Of a DNA stretch of 64,000 nucleotides, positions 27,689 to 37,661 are shown piece by piece. Position numbers and translations under genes: made by a program. How positions within the stretch are numbered: the stretch's first letter is position 1; each line of letters begins with the position of its first letter. The notes under the pieces are model-generated. The model worked only from the letters and a program-made list of their open reading frames with translations, had not been told where the DNA came from and made no database searches. The stretch comes from Polyangiaceae bacterium (GTDB lineage: Bacteria; Myxococcota_A; Polyangia; Polyangiales; Polyangiaceae), in the NCBI GenBank assembly GCA_044222475.1, contig JBGANF010000009.1, positions 32,001 to 96,000 of the forward strand. The letters run 5' to 3'.

Positions 27689-29440
27689 ATGACACTCGAC
27701 CTTCGGATCAAGGGGGGAACACTCGTCGACGGCACCGGCTCGGCTCCGCGTCGCGTCGACGTCGGCGTCAAAGACGGCGTCATCGTCTCCGTCGGAGACG
27801 TGGGGGACGCCACCCGCACGATCGACGCCGACGGCGCGATCGTCGCTCCCGGCTTCGTCGACATCCACTCCCACTACGACGGCCAAGCCTCGTGGGACGG
27901 TGACATGCTCCCGTCGGCCGCCCATGGCGTCACCACCGCGGTCATGGGCAACTGTGGCGTCGGGTTCGCTCCGTGTCGCAAGAGCGATCACGAGCGATTG
28001 ATCCGCCTCTTCGAGGGCGTCGAGGACATCCCCGGCACCGCGCTCACCGAAGGCCTGTCGTGGAAGTGGGAGAGCTTCGGCGAGTACCTCGACGCGGTCG
28101 ACGCGATCCCGCGCACGATGGACGTCGCCGCGTACCTCACCCACGACGCGGTGCGCGTCTTCGTGATGGGCGCGCGCGCCACCGAAACCCAAGCGGCCAC
28201 CCCCGACGACCTTCGCGCCATGGCCGACATCGTGAAGCGCGCCATGGCCGACGGCGCGGTCGGCGTCTCGACCGGCCGCACCGACAACCACCGCGCGATC
28301 GACGGCTCCCACACGCCCGCGTCCGAGGCGAGCGACGCCGAGCTCGCGACGCTCGCGCGCGCCATGGGCGAAACCGGCCGCGGCGCGCTCCAAGCGGTGA
28401 GCGACTTCGACATGGAGCGCGGGCCCGAGCTCTTCGAGGGCGAGTTCGACGTCCTCGAGCACTTCGCCGAGGCAGCCGGCGGTCGTCCCCTCTCCGTCTC
28501 TCTCATGCAGCGCGATCTGATCCCGACCCAGTGGCGCGACATTCTGCGCCGCGTCGACAAGGCGAACGCGCGTGGCTTGAACATCCGCGTGCAGGTCGCC
28601 CCGCGCGGGATCGGCGTGCTCCTCGGGCTCGAGGCGACGTTCCACCCGTTCATCGGCTTCCCGACGTACAAGAAGATCGCGGGCCTCTCGCTCGAAGAGC
28701 GCGTGAAGGAGCTCCGCAAGCCCGAGGTGAAAGCCGCGATGCTGTCGGAGAAGACCGACAAGATCGCCGGCGACGGCAGCCCCGTCCCGCCGCTCGCCGA
28801 TCGGCTGCTCGCCATGGTCGACATGGTGTCGATGCGCATGTTCCCGCTCGGCAAGGTGCCCGACTACGAGCCCAAGGCCGAGTCGTCGATCGGCGCGCGC
28901 GCGATGATGACCGGCAAGAAGCCGCTCGAGTGCCTCTACGACGCGCTCCTCGAGGACGACGGACATGCCCTCCTCTACTTCCCCGTCTACAACTACGGCG
29001 GGATGAACCTCGACGCGGTGTCGGAGATGCTCCACCACCCGGCCGCGATGCCCGGCCTCGCCGACGGCGGCGCGCACTGCGGCACCATCTGCGACGCGAG
29101 CATGCCGACGTATTTCCTGATGCACTGGGCGCGCGATCGCGCGGCCGGTCGCTTCTCGATCGAGCGCGCCGTGGAGCTCTTGACGCGCACTCCGGCCGAG
29201 TACCTGGGCCTGCGCGACCGCGGCGTCGTCGCCGAGGGCAAGAAGGCCGACCTCGTGATCTTCGATCTCGCCAAGCTCGCCCTCGCGCCGCCGCGCCTCG
29301 TGCGCGATCTCCCGGCCGGAGGAAAGCGCTTCCTCCAGGACGCGACCGGCTACCGCGCCACGATCGTGAGCGGGCGCGTCGTCAGCGAAGGCGGCCGTCT
29401 CACCGGCGAGAAGCCCGGCCGCGTCGCCCGCCTCCGTTGA
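27689..29440 (+). CDS. Amidohydrolase, N-acyl-D-amino-acid deacylase family
   Basis: IKGGTLVDGTG, PGFVDIHSHYD, GNCGVGFAP, DGGAH, KKADLVIFD. Confidence 0.88.
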   Translation: MTLDLRIKGGTLVDGTGSAPRRVDVGVKDGVIVSVGDVGDATRTIDADGAIVAPGFVDIHSHYDGQASWDGDMLPSAAHGVTTAVMGNCGVGFAPCRKSDHERLIRLFEGVEDIPGTALTEGLSWKWESFGEYLDAVDAIPRTMDVAAYLTHDAVRVFVMGARATETQAATPDDLRAMADIVKRAMADGAVGVSTGRTDNHRAIDGSHTPASEASDAELATLARAMGETGRGALQAVSDFDMERGPELFEGEFDVLEHFAEAAGGRPLSVSLMQRDLIPTQWRDILRRVDKANARGLNIRVQVAPRGIGVLLGLEATFHPFIGFPTYKKIAGLSLEERVKELRKPEVKAAMLSEKTDKIAGDGSPVPPLADRLLAMVDMVSMRMFPLGKVPDYEPKAESSIGARAMMTGKKPLECLYDALLEDDGHALLYFPVYNYGGMNLDAVSEMLHHPAAMPGLADGGAHCGTICDASMPTYFLMHWARDRAAGRFSIERAVELLTRTPAEYLGLRDRGVVAEGKKADLVIFDLAKLALAPPRLVRDLPAGGKRFLQDATGYRATIVSGRVVSEGGRLTGEKPGRVARLR

Positions 29441-29931
29441 TCGTCTGCCTCGACGTCGACTACCGCAAGGACGCCGTCGTGACGGCGCGTCTCGTCATCC
29501 CAAACTGGGACAGCAAGGCGCCAGCGTCACTCGTCACGATTCGAACGCGCGGGGCGGCACCGGACTACGTCCCGGGTGCGTTCTATCGGCGCGAGATGCC
29601 GTACCTCGTCGCCGCGCTCGAAGGGGTCGCTGCTTCGGTCGTGGTGATCGACGGGTACGTGTGGCTCGGCCCCGGTGCGCCGGGGCTCGGGGCCCACCTC
29701 TGGGACGCGATCGGAAAGCGCGCGGCCGTCGTCGGCGTGGCGAAGACCCCGTTTCGCGGCGCCGCGCCGATCGTGCGCGAGGTGAAGCGAGGGGCGAGCA
29801 ACACGCCGCTCTTCGTCACCGCCGCTGGCATCGAGCCCGAGATCGCCGCCGATCGCGTTCGAGTCATGCACGGCCCCCACCGAATGCCGGCCATGCTTCG
29901 CCGCGTCGATCGAGCCTGCCGCGACGCCTGA
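29437..29931 (+). CDS. Endonuclease V-like protein (short form)
   Basis: CLDVDY, YVPGAFYRREMP, VIDGYVWL, GLGAHL, GVAKT, HRMPAMLRRVD. Confidence 0.8.
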   Translation: MIVCLDVDYRKDAVVTARLVIPNWDSKAPASLVTIRTRGAAPDYVPGAFYRREMPYLVAALEGVAASVVVIDGYVWLGPGAPGLGAHLWDAIGKRAAVVGVAKTPFRGAAPIVREVKRGASNTPLFVTAAGIEPEIAADRVRVMHGPHRMPAMLRRVDRACRDA

Positions 29932-29940
29932 AGCAGCCCT

Positions 29941-31449
29941 TCACCGTGACCGCACCAGGGACAGGCCCAGCGTGCCTTGGTGCAACACCGGACACCGAAA
30001 TGTGACGACGTCCACGACGGCACGGTGGACGCACGCCGCAAAGGCCGCTGCGGCCGCTTGATCGTCGGCCAGCTCTTCACGCACCGACGAAATGCGGCCA
30101 CCCGGCTCCACGGTGAATTTGAGGTCACGAAACCTGTCCGTCGGTCCACCTGCGCTCTGGCACTGGGCGATGCGCGCGCCCAAGGCTGGCCCCTTGAGCA
30201 GCTCCATCACGTGGTCCACCTCCTCCCTCTCACCGCCGTCGCAATCGAACGCGATCTCCACCTCGGCCAATCCCCGCATCCACGTCGTCTGCCGAGGGTG
30301 CGGCACCGAGTTGCCCGCCGTCGTCGTCACCGAGACGCTCGGCACGGGCGGGCCGCTCGCCGTGCCCGTGGCGCTCGCGACGCTCGCCGGCGAAGACGCC
30401 GGCATCGAGGATCGAGGAGACTCCACCGACGAGAGCAGCGAAGCAGCAGGTGCGACCGGATCCTTCTTCGCTAGAGCTCCCAGGACGACGGCGAGCGGGA
30501 GGAGCACGAGCGCGACGAGCAAAGCTGGCCACCAGCGACGTTTTCGAGGGGCGCGCGGTGCGGCCTCGATCCTCGTGGGCGCGGCGGAAGCCGGCGCCGC
30601 CTCCTCGATCTCCGGGCGCGGATCGAGACACTCCCCGAGAGCGACGCCAAGTTCGGCTGCCGTCGCGTAACGGCGGTCCCGGTCTCGCGCCATCGCCCGG
30701 TCGATCACCCGAGCGATGCTCGAGCGCGGGCGGAGCGCCGTCGCCGAGTCACGTTTCCCAAGGGCGATCGCGTGGGCGAGCTCACCCATGGTGCTCTGAG
30801 GAAACGGACGCCGCCCGAAGAGGCAGAAGAACAGCGTCGCGCCCACCGCGTACACGTCGGTCGCGACGTCCGCGGGTCGGCCGTCGAGCTGCTCCGGCGA
30901 GAGCCACGCGAGCGTCCCCACGACCGCACCCTCTCGTGTGAGGTCGTCCTTCACGTCGAGATCGCGCGCGACCCCGAAGTCCAGGAGCTTGATCGCGTCG
31001 CGCCCGAGGGTGGTCTCGGTGAGGAAGACGTTCCCCGGCTTGATGTCGCGATGGACGATCCCCTTCGCATGTGCGGCCGACATCGCGTCGGTCAGCTGAA
31101 GCCCGATCTCGACGACGCGGGCGCTCGTCATGGGCCCGTCGTCGCGGACGGCATCGCTCAACGTGCGACCGACGAGCCTCTCCATCACGAGGAACGGCGG
31201 CGTCGTGTCGTCACCCGCGTAGTGGTCGAAGATCTGAATCACGTTCGGGTGGCTCAACGCGGCGAGGATCCGAATCTCTCGCCGAAAGCGCTCGAGGTAC
31301 TCGGCGTCGCTCACCGAGAGCACTTTGATCGCGACCTGGCGGTCGAGGTCGATCTGCCTCGCGGCGTAGACCACGCCCATCCCGCCTTGCCCGAGGACGC
31401 CCTCGACTCGATAGCGGTCTCGTAGGACCGTGCCTTCCGTGAGGGTCAC
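29941..31449 (-). CDS. Membrane-anchored Ser/Thr protein kinase
   Basis: LGQGGMGVVY, VAIK, HRDIKPGN, DFG, SPE; TM segment; extracytoplasmic Cys-containing tail. Confidence 0.9.
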   Translation of the reverse strand: MTLTEGTVLRDRYRVEGVLGQGGMGVVYAARQIDLDRQVAIKVLSVSDAEYLERFRREIRILAALSHPNVIQIFDHYAGDDTTPPFLVMERLVGRTLSDAVRDDGPMTSARVVEIGLQLTDAMSAAHAKGIVHRDIKPGNVFLTETTLGRDAIKLLDFGVARDLDVKDDLTREGAVVGTLAWLSPEQLDGRPADVATDVYAVGATLFFCLFGRRPFPQSTMGELAHAIALGKRDSATALRPRSSIARVIDRAMARDRDRRYATAAELGVALGECLDPRPEIEEAAPASAAPTRIEAAPRAPRKRRWWPALLVALVLLPLAVVLGALAKKDPVAPAASLLSSVESPRSSMPASSPASVASATGTASGPPVPSVSVTTTAGNSVPHPRQTTWMRGLAEVEIAFDCDGGEREEVDHVMELLKGPALGARIAQCQSAGGPTDRFRDLKFTVEPGGRISSVREELADDQAAAAAFAACVHRAVVDVVTFRCPVLHQGTLGLSLVRSR

Positions 31450-31562
31450 CGAGAACCTCGCTGACAACGCACCCAGTTGGATTGACCCCGCAAGTTCCCA
31501 CCCAAAAGGCGAAGGAGAGGCACGCACATGCCAAGACGGGATCGTTTCATGCGACTTCAGCG

Positions 31563-33029
31563 TCAGGCCGGCGCCGCGCTCGCGTAGACGCGCGCGTGAT
31601 CGCGGCGGTGGATGCGCACTCGAACACCGTTCTTCGGACGCAGCGTCGCACTGGGCTCGGGGACCTCGTCGGCGACGATCTCGAAGCGGTAGCGACGCAG
31701 GAGCACCGCGAGCGCGAGCTGCGCCTCCATGTACGCGAAGTGGTTGCCGAGGCACACGCGTGGGCCGGCTCCGAACGGCATGTAGGCGTAGCGATGGCGC
31801 TTCGCCTCGTTCTCGGGGAGAAACCGATCGGGATCGAAGCGCTCCGGATCGGGCCAGAGGCGCGGGTTCCGTTGTAGCGCCCACGCCGAGACGAGCGCGT
31901 TGGAGCGCTCCGGGAGGTCGTACCCGGCCACGCTGACCTCACCGCGGCTGTCGCGCCCGAACATGTAGACGGGTGGATACAGGCGGAGCGCTTCCTTGAA
32001 GACCCGGAGACAGAGATCGAGGCGCGGCAGGTCCGAGACCTTGGGCTCGTCGCCCACCGCATCGACCTCGCGCTCCATCGCCGCGTAGATCCGAGGGTCG
32101 CGGCCGGCGAGGTACAGCGTCCATGCGAGCCCAGTCGCGGTGGTTTCGTGCCCGGCCACGAACAAAGTGAGGACCTCGTCCCGCACCTGGCGGTCGCTCA
32201 TCGCGGCGCCTTCTTCGTCGCGCGCGGCGAGCAGTCGGCTCAAGAGATCGGTCTCGGGATCGCTGCTCGAGCGGCGGTGATCGATCATGCGCTGGACGTG
32301 CTCGTCGAGGAAGGCGATCGCGCGCGCCAGCTCGCGACCGCGGGGCCCGACGAGCGCGATCGGCCCTTGCAGGCGATCGGATGCGCGCTTGGCGATGCGC
32401 TGCCACCGAGTCGACTCGTCCTTGGCGGCTCGCTCGAGGAGGCGCTTCGTGATGACGTGGGAGACGGCGAATCCGCGGCCCATCACGTAGCTCGTCCAGT
32501 CGAGCGCGACGGTGAGCGCCTGCCCGATCTCGTCGGCGTCGCTGAAGGTGTCGGCATCGAAGAGTGTCTTGCCCGCGACGCCCATCGTGAGCCGCGTCGT
32601 CTCGTGCGACAGCGCGAGCTCCTGCCCGTCGCGCCATGGCTCCATCGTGCGCAGCGAGCACTGGATCATGTCGTCGGCGTAGGCTTCGAGCGCTTTCGGC
32701 GTGAAAAGCGGTGCCATCAGCCTTCGCTGGCGCTTCCACAGCTCGCCGTTCGACGTGAACAGCCCCTCGCCCGCGAGGTTCCAGAGCGTGAACCGGAGCA
32801 TGTCCGACTTGTCGAAGTGGCGCGCCTTCTCGACGAGCGCCTCTTGGATCACCTCGGGGTCGTTGATCGAAAACGCCCGCACTCCAGGCCAGGGGATGCG
32901 CAGACGCGTCACGGGCTGTGTGACCTGGGTCAGCAGGTCGAGCGCCCCGAGGCGATCACGGCGGAAGGCCGCGTTGTGTCCCAAGAGCTCGTCGCCGCCC
33001 GGCGCATAGGGCATGTCCGTGAAGAGCAT
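31563..33029 (-). CDS. Cytochrome P450
   Basis: AGHETT, EALR, PERF, FGAGPRVCLG heme-Cys motif. Confidence 0.95.
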   Translation of the reverse strand: MLFTDMPYAPGGDELLGHNAAFRRDRLGALDLLTQVTQPVTRLRIPWPGVRAFSINDPEVIQEALVEKARHFDKSDMLRFTLWNLAGEGLFTSNGELWKRQRRLMAPLFTPKALEAYADDMIQCSLRTMEPWRDGQELALSHETTRLTMGVAGKTLFDADTFSDADEIGQALTVALDWTSYVMGRGFAVSHVITKRLLERAAKDESTRWQRIAKRASDRLQGPIALVGPRGRELARAIAFLDEHVQRMIDHRRSSSDPETDLLSRLLAARDEEGAAMSDRQVRDEVLTLFVAGHETTATGLAWTLYLAGRDPRIYAAMEREVDAVGDEPKVSDLPRLDLCLRVFKEALRLYPPVYMFGRDSRGEVSVAGYDLPERSNALVSAWALQRNPRLWPDPERFDPDRFLPENEAKRHRYAYMPFGAGPRVCLGNHFAYMEAQLALAVLLRRYRFEIVADEVPEPSATLRPKNGVRVRIHRRDHARVYASAAPA

Positions 33030-33070
33030 GCGCGTAGCGTATCACCCCGTCGGGCACCACGAAGCGCTGC

Positions 33071-33895
33071 TCAGAACGACAAGCGGACGGTGGACGTCAT
33101 CCGCAAATCCAACGGCACGATCGAGGTGGGCGGGGCGCTGTCGTAGAGGATCGAAATCGTCGTGCCGAGCGCGAGGAGGTCGGTCACTTTCGCCATGATC
33201 TCGAGGTCGTTCAGGATCCGAACGTCGTCCCAGGCGTCGAAGCGGGGCTGGAAGAAGAGTGTATTCTGCACAAGAAGCCCGCCGTCGAAGAGCCGCAGCC
33301 GCGCAGTGAGCGAGCTCGCCATGCGATGAGCGAGCGCGGTCGGCGAGTCGCTCGCACCGGGAGCGACGTCGATCGTCTCGTACTCGAGCATGTACCCCGC
33401 GCCAGCGGAGAGGACGAAGAGAGGCTCGTGGACGATCTCGACGCGGAGGCCGGCGCCGATCACGCTCCTCCGACGCAACCGCAGGAACTCGTTGAACTGG
33501 AACTGGACGAACAGGTCGTGACCCACCCGCGGGTGCCACATCGCCGTCCAGCGACCGAACAGAAACGCTTGGCTCACGAACGGCGCGCCGCCGCGCTCGG
33601 CGAATCGCCCGCTCGCGGTGAGGAACGTGCGCTGCGAGAGCCACCGCATCGGGCCCGGCGTGCGGTCGGCCGGATGAAGCGTCTGGAACTGCACCTTGGC
33701 GGCGCCACCGATGTCGAGCAGCTCGATGTTTCCGCGCGAGAGCGCGAACGAGCCGTCGACTCCGCCCGACCAGCCTGGCTTCAGCACGTTCGGCTTCAGC
33801 GTCTCGGCGTTGACCTGGGCCGACGCCGTTCGCGCGATGGTCCCGAGACCTACGGCGACGATCGAGGCCACGACCAAGGCACGAGCCCACCGCAC
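33071..33895 (-). CDS. DUF481-like outer-membrane beta-barrel protein
   Basis: Signal peptide then AQVNAETL; SRGNIE; alternating beta-strands; C-terminal Phe. Confidence 0.7.
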   Translation of the reverse strand: MRWARALVVASIVAVGLGTIARTASAQVNAETLKPNVLKPGWSGGVDGSFALSRGNIELLDIGGAAKVQFQTLHPADRTPGPMRWLSQRTFLTASGRFAERGGAPFVSQAFLFGRWTAMWHPRVGHDLFVQFQFNEFLRLRRRSVIGAGLRVEIVHEPLFVLSAGAGYMLEYETIDVAPGASDSPTALAHRMASSLTARLRLFDGGLLVQNTLFFQPRFDAWDDVRILNDLEIMAKVTDLLALGTTISILYDSAPPTSIVPLDLRMTSTVRLSF

Positions 33896-33936
33896 GGAGC
33901 GAAGCTCGCACTCTCGCGCCGCGCGCGCAAGGACGC

Positions 33937-35196
33937 TCACCGGAAGCGGTAGTCGATGGCGCGCGGGCCCGCGCCCACGATGCCAATCCGGTGGCCCGCG
34001 TGTCGCTCGACGTCGGCGATCGGGTCGGCGGTGAACGGCTCGAGATCGGCGCGGACCTCGCGCAACGACCGACCGAGGCGCGCGGCGTGCTCCAGATCGC
34101 CGGGTGCGACGCTCGGGAGCGACCGCGTCGAACCGTCGTACGACACCGCGACGCGATGCTCGGGCCGAAGCTGGTCGACGTGAGTGAGCGCGATCGAGTC
34201 GACCCCCCCGCACGCGGCGAGCGCGTACCGGAGGAGCACGGCGTCGAGGTGGCCGAAGCGGACGCGGCCTTGCCAGGGTCCGTTCACGTTGTGCGGCTCG
34301 TCGCACGCGAGCGAGGGGTCCTCGGTCGGGAACGGCCCCGCGCCGTGGCGGACCGCGTACGCGCGATGGACGCCGATCCTCTCGATCGCGCCGTCCCACC
34401 GCGCCTCGTCGAGGATCGCCAGGGCGTTCGCGAACGTGCAACGGCTCCACGTCGTGTGCGGGTGGAACCCGTGGTCCTCGTCGAGGAGCACTCCTTGAGC
34501 TCCTTCGAAGACGACCTCGCGGCTCGCGACGAGCGCGCCATCGATCGCCCCGCGGTCGACGACGCGAGGCGCGATGGTCCGGGCGGCCGCGATCCATCGG
34601 TCCACCACGGCGTCGTCGGTCCACGCGGACCACTCGTCGGCATCCGGCGCGAGACCCGCGAGCTCCGCGCGCTTCGAGTCGCGGTGGACGACGAGCTTCC
34701 GGCGCAGCCCAACCGCGTCGCGCAGGTCCCCCGCGCGAAGGACGTCGGCCGAGGCGAGCGCGTCGGCGACCGTCTCGCCGACGCCCACGCCGCAGCTCCC
34801 GTGCCGCGCGTCGCCTCGCGCGATCTCGCGGATCCGACACGCGGCCTGATGAAACGGAGTGGTCACCAGCGCGCGTTCGTCGACCAGGACGCGCTCGAGC
34901 GGCGACGCGACCCCCTTCTCGGCGAGGTAGCGCGCTTCGATGGCGAGCGCGGTGGGGTGCACCACGACGAAGCGCGACAGCAGCGTGCGCGCACCGCAGA
35001 GAGAAGCCGCACCGAACTGCGCGAACGTGTGGTGCACGCCGTCCGGAGAGACGACGTTGTGACCGGCTTGCGCGCCCCCGTTGAAGCGCACCACGAGCGA
35101 TGCGCTGCGAGAGCGCGCGAGGAAGTCGGTCACCGCGCCCTTGCCGGCGTCGCCGAATCCGAGATCGACGACGACCGACGCGCGGCGCTGGGTCAT
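33937..35196 (-). CDS. Divergent adenylosuccinate synthetase (PurA-like paralog)
   Basis: DLGFGDAGKG, RFNGGAQAGH, HGSCGVGVG, FEGAQGVLLD..HGFHPHTTWS, RHGAGPFPTE. Confidence 0.85.
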   Translation of the reverse strand: MTQRRASVVVDLGFGDAGKGAVTDFLARSRSASLVVRFNGGAQAGHNVVSPDGVHHTFAQFGAASLCGARTLLSRFVVVHPTALAIEARYLAEKGVASPLERVLVDERALVTTPFHQAACRIREIARGDARHGSCGVGVGETVADALASADVLRAGDLRDAVGLRRKLVVHRDSKRAELAGLAPDADEWSAWTDDAVVDRWIAAARTIAPRVVDRGAIDGALVASREVVFEGAQGVLLDEDHGFHPHTTWSRCTFANALAILDEARWDGAIERIGVHRAYAVRHGAGPFPTEDPSLACDEPHNVNGPWQGRVRFGHLDAVLLRYALAACGGVDSIALTHVDQLRPEHRVAVSYDGSTRSLPSVAPGDLEHAARLGRSLREVRADLEPFTADPIADVERHAGHRIGIVGAGPRAIDYRFR

Positions 35197-36149
35197 GCGC
35201 GGAGCCAGCCGAGGAGGCCGTCGAGCACCGCCCGCGGGCTCGTGCCGGGGTCGGTGCCGATCGCCGCCGCGAACGGCTCCAGCGCCCGCAGCACCGGAGC
35301 GATCCGATCGCGCGGAGTGCCGGCGCCCTCGAGGCGCTTCGCGAGCGCATCGAGGTCGGTGACGTAGCGCTCGCCGAGCGCGACGATGCTCGCGGCGACG
35401 AAGCACGTGTCCTCCGGAGCCTCCATCGCGATGACGTGATCGCCCATGACGTCACGCCACGTGCGCTCGCAGCGCTTGCGGCGCTCGAGATCGGGGATGA
35501 GGAAGAACGGGTGGAACGTCTCGGCACAGGCCGCGACGACCTCCTTGATCGGGATGTCCTCGTCGAGGACGTCGCCGATCAGAGTCTCGACCTGGTGCTT
35601 CGACACCGCGGGGTACGGCTCCTCGTCGCCGGTGAGGAACGCGTAGCCCTTCTTGTTTCGCTTCTTCACGCAGTCGATGTCCATGTGCTGCGCGAGGAAG
35701 TAGAGCGCGAGCTCGTACGACTCCTGGTTGCTCCCGCCGCCGCCGCCCTCGAGGTACGACCAGGTGAGCCACTGATCCATGAGCTCGGCGGTGGACTCGA
35801 ACTGTCCGACCTGGAGCGGCGCCCGATCGCTGGTCGCATCACCGACCGCCATGAAGAGCAGCTGCGGATCGGCGACGCCGCAGTCGAACAGGAGCTTCAT
35901 GAACTTCGGCAGCTTCTGCCGCGCGAGCATGTCGGGGATGCCGCCCATCGATCCGGTGACGTCGAGCGCGAACGCGATCGCGATCGACTTCGGGTGCTCC
36001 GGGCTGTCGCGGCTCTCGCGCACGCGCACGCCCTTCGGGTTCATGAGGGGATGACACTCGCGCTGCTTGAAGACCTCTTCGCGCGACGCTTTCGCGCGCG
36101 CTCCGGTGATCGCCTCGTGCGCTTCGTGGCTGTAATTCCCGTATCCCAT
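35193..36149 (-). CDS. vWA-domain protein
   Basis: MIDAS-like DVTGSM, AVGD, EGGGGG..ESYELA, TGDE; SD GAGGAGG. Confidence 0.85.
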   Translation of the reverse strand: MGYGNYSHEAHEAITGARAKASREEVFKQRECHPLMNPKGVRVRESRDSPEHPKSIAIAFALDVTGSMGGIPDMLARQKLPKFMKLLFDCGVADPQLLFMAVGDATSDRAPLQVGQFESTAELMDQWLTWSYLEGGGGGSNQESYELALYFLAQHMDIDCVKKRNKKGYAFLTGDEEPYPAVSKHQVETLIGDVLDEDIPIKEVVAACAETFHPFFLIPDLERRKRCERTWRDVMGDHVIAMEAPEDTCFVAASIVALGERYVTDLDALAKRLEGAGTPRDRIAPVLRALEPFAAAIGTDPGTSPRAVLDGLLGWLRA

Positions 36150-36158
36150 GGTGCCTCC

Positions 36159-37064
36159 TCAACGACGAAAGGGTGGCAAATCGAGCGGATGAAACGTCGG
36201 TGGACCGTAGGCGCGGCGCGCGGCATGACCGACCGCGTCGGCGAGCTCCCAAGCGTCGCTCGCGCCGCCGGTCTCGGCCGCCACGATCGCCTCGCGAAGC
36301 GGGTCGGGCATCGTCGCTTCGCCGAGAGCGCGCATCGCAGCCGCGCTCGCCGCGACGTCGCCCTTGATGGCGCCGGGACTGCTCCGCTGCGCCGACGCCC
36401 AGCCCACCACGAGGACGCCGTGATCGCGCGCGCACACGACGAGGTGCTCGAGCGACACCGCGCCATGCACCCAGCCAGTCCGATGCGCGAAGCCGAGCAC
36501 CTCGAGGACGCGGCGCCACATCCACACGACGTGACGGCCGTCGAGCCCGGAAGGAAATGCGCGGCGCACGTCTTCGCCGGTGTGGAGATATCCGCGCCGC
36601 TGTCGCACTGCGATCGCGGGGGCGCCGGTGCCTTCGAGATCGGCCACGCCGCTCGCGACGAGCTGGGGAACGCGGGTCGCGAAGTGCGCGTGCCCTGCCT
36701 CGGTCGAGGCGGCGAGCGCGGCGAGTACGGAGCGCTCGCGCTCGACGTACGCGGCGTCACGCGCGAGCTTGAGGACGACGCGCTCGATCGCGGGCACCTC
36801 GGCCCGCGCGACGAACGTGACCGCGCGAGGGCTGCGCGCGAGCTCGAGCTCGGGGACGTAACGACGACCGCGCAGCGCGATCGTCGGACCGATGGTTCGC
36901 TCTTCGGCTTCCTTCAGCGAACGCGCGAACGCCATGCGGTAGACGGCGCGCCCGTCCGGGGCGAACGTGCCACGGCAGTAGGTGCAGGTGACCAGCGAGC
37001 GACCGTACGACTCTTCCGCGATCGGAGCGCCGCAGTGCGGGCACGACATCGGTCGGAAGAACAT
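36159..37064 (-). CDS. Zn-ribbon + protein-kinase-like (probable pseudokinase) protein
   Basis: CPHC..CTYC; VVLK; VHGAVSLEH in place of HRDxxxxN; VVGW in place of DFG. Confidence 0.7.
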   Translation of the reverse strand: MFFRPMSCPHCGAPIAEESYGRSLVTCTYCRGTFAPDGRAVYRMAFARSLKEAEERTIGPTIALRGRRYVPELELARSPRAVTFVARAEVPAIERVVLKLARDAAYVERERSVLAALAASTEAGHAHFATRVPQLVASGVADLEGTGAPAIAVRQRRGYLHTGEDVRRAFPSGLDGRHVVWMWRRVLEVLGFAHRTGWVHGAVSLEHLVVCARDHGVLVVGWASAQRSSPGAIKGDVAASAAAMRALGEATMPDPLREAIVAAETGGASDAWELADAVGHAARRAYGPPTFHPLDLPPFRR

Positions 37065-37118
37065 GCACCCCGAGCATAGGGACGAACGCCCTCGCCGGGG
37101 AGCCCCCCGTGGTCGTCG

Positions 37119-37616
37119 TCAGGCCGGCGCGTCGGGCTCGCGCGCTCGACGACGGATCTGCACGAGAAGGAGAAGCCCGACGCCGACGGAGATCGCGATG
37201 TCGGCCACGTTGAAGATGGGCCAGTGGGTCACGTGGATGAAGTCGATGACGTAGCCGCGGAGCAGACGATCGAGGCCGTTGCCGAGCGCACCCGAGACGA
37301 TGGCAGCGAAGCCGAAGTGCTCGGTCGCCGTCGCCGTCTTTCGCTTGCGCCACCAGGTGACGACCGCGAAGAGCAGGCCGACGAGGGCCAGGGTCGTGAG
37401 CACGGTCGCCTTGTTCGGCGTCGTGAGGACGTGGCTCAGCGAGAACGCCGTGTCGCGGTTCTCGGTGTAGCGGAGCTCGACGACGCCGGGCACGACCGAG
37501 ACGGCGGCGCCGGTCGCCTGCAGATGTTGCGCGGCGAGGTGCTTCGACGCGTGGTCGCACCCGAACAGCCCGAACGCGAGGAATATGGCGAAGAAGGCGA
37601 GAAAGCGGCGCCGCAT
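37119..37616 (-). CDS. lspA: Lipoprotein signal peptidase II
   Basis: DHASK, NRDTAFS, GALGNGLDR, VIDFI, WPIFNVAD. Confidence 0.9.
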   Translation of the reverse strand: MRRRFLAFFAIFLAFGLFGCDHASKHLAAQHLQATGAAVSVVPGVVELRYTENRDTAFSLSHVLTTPNKATVLTTLALVGLLFAVVTWWRKRKTATATEHFGFAAIVSGALGNGLDRLLRGYVIDFIHVTHWPIFNVADIAISVGVGLLLLVQIRRRAREPDAPA

Positions 37617-37661
37617 GCGACCAAAACCGTCGACTGCAATCCGTATTCCCGCGCGGTGGCG

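Noticed and set aside
29941..33029. P450 and kinase as a biosynthetic or RiPP cluster
   Set aside because: No precursor-like small ORF or other biosynthetic genes seen adjacent.
33937..35196. PurZ (2-aminoadenine pathway)
   Set aside because: Keeps the catalytic Asp (GDAGKG) where PurZ has Ser, and there is no phage, dATPase or MazZ context.
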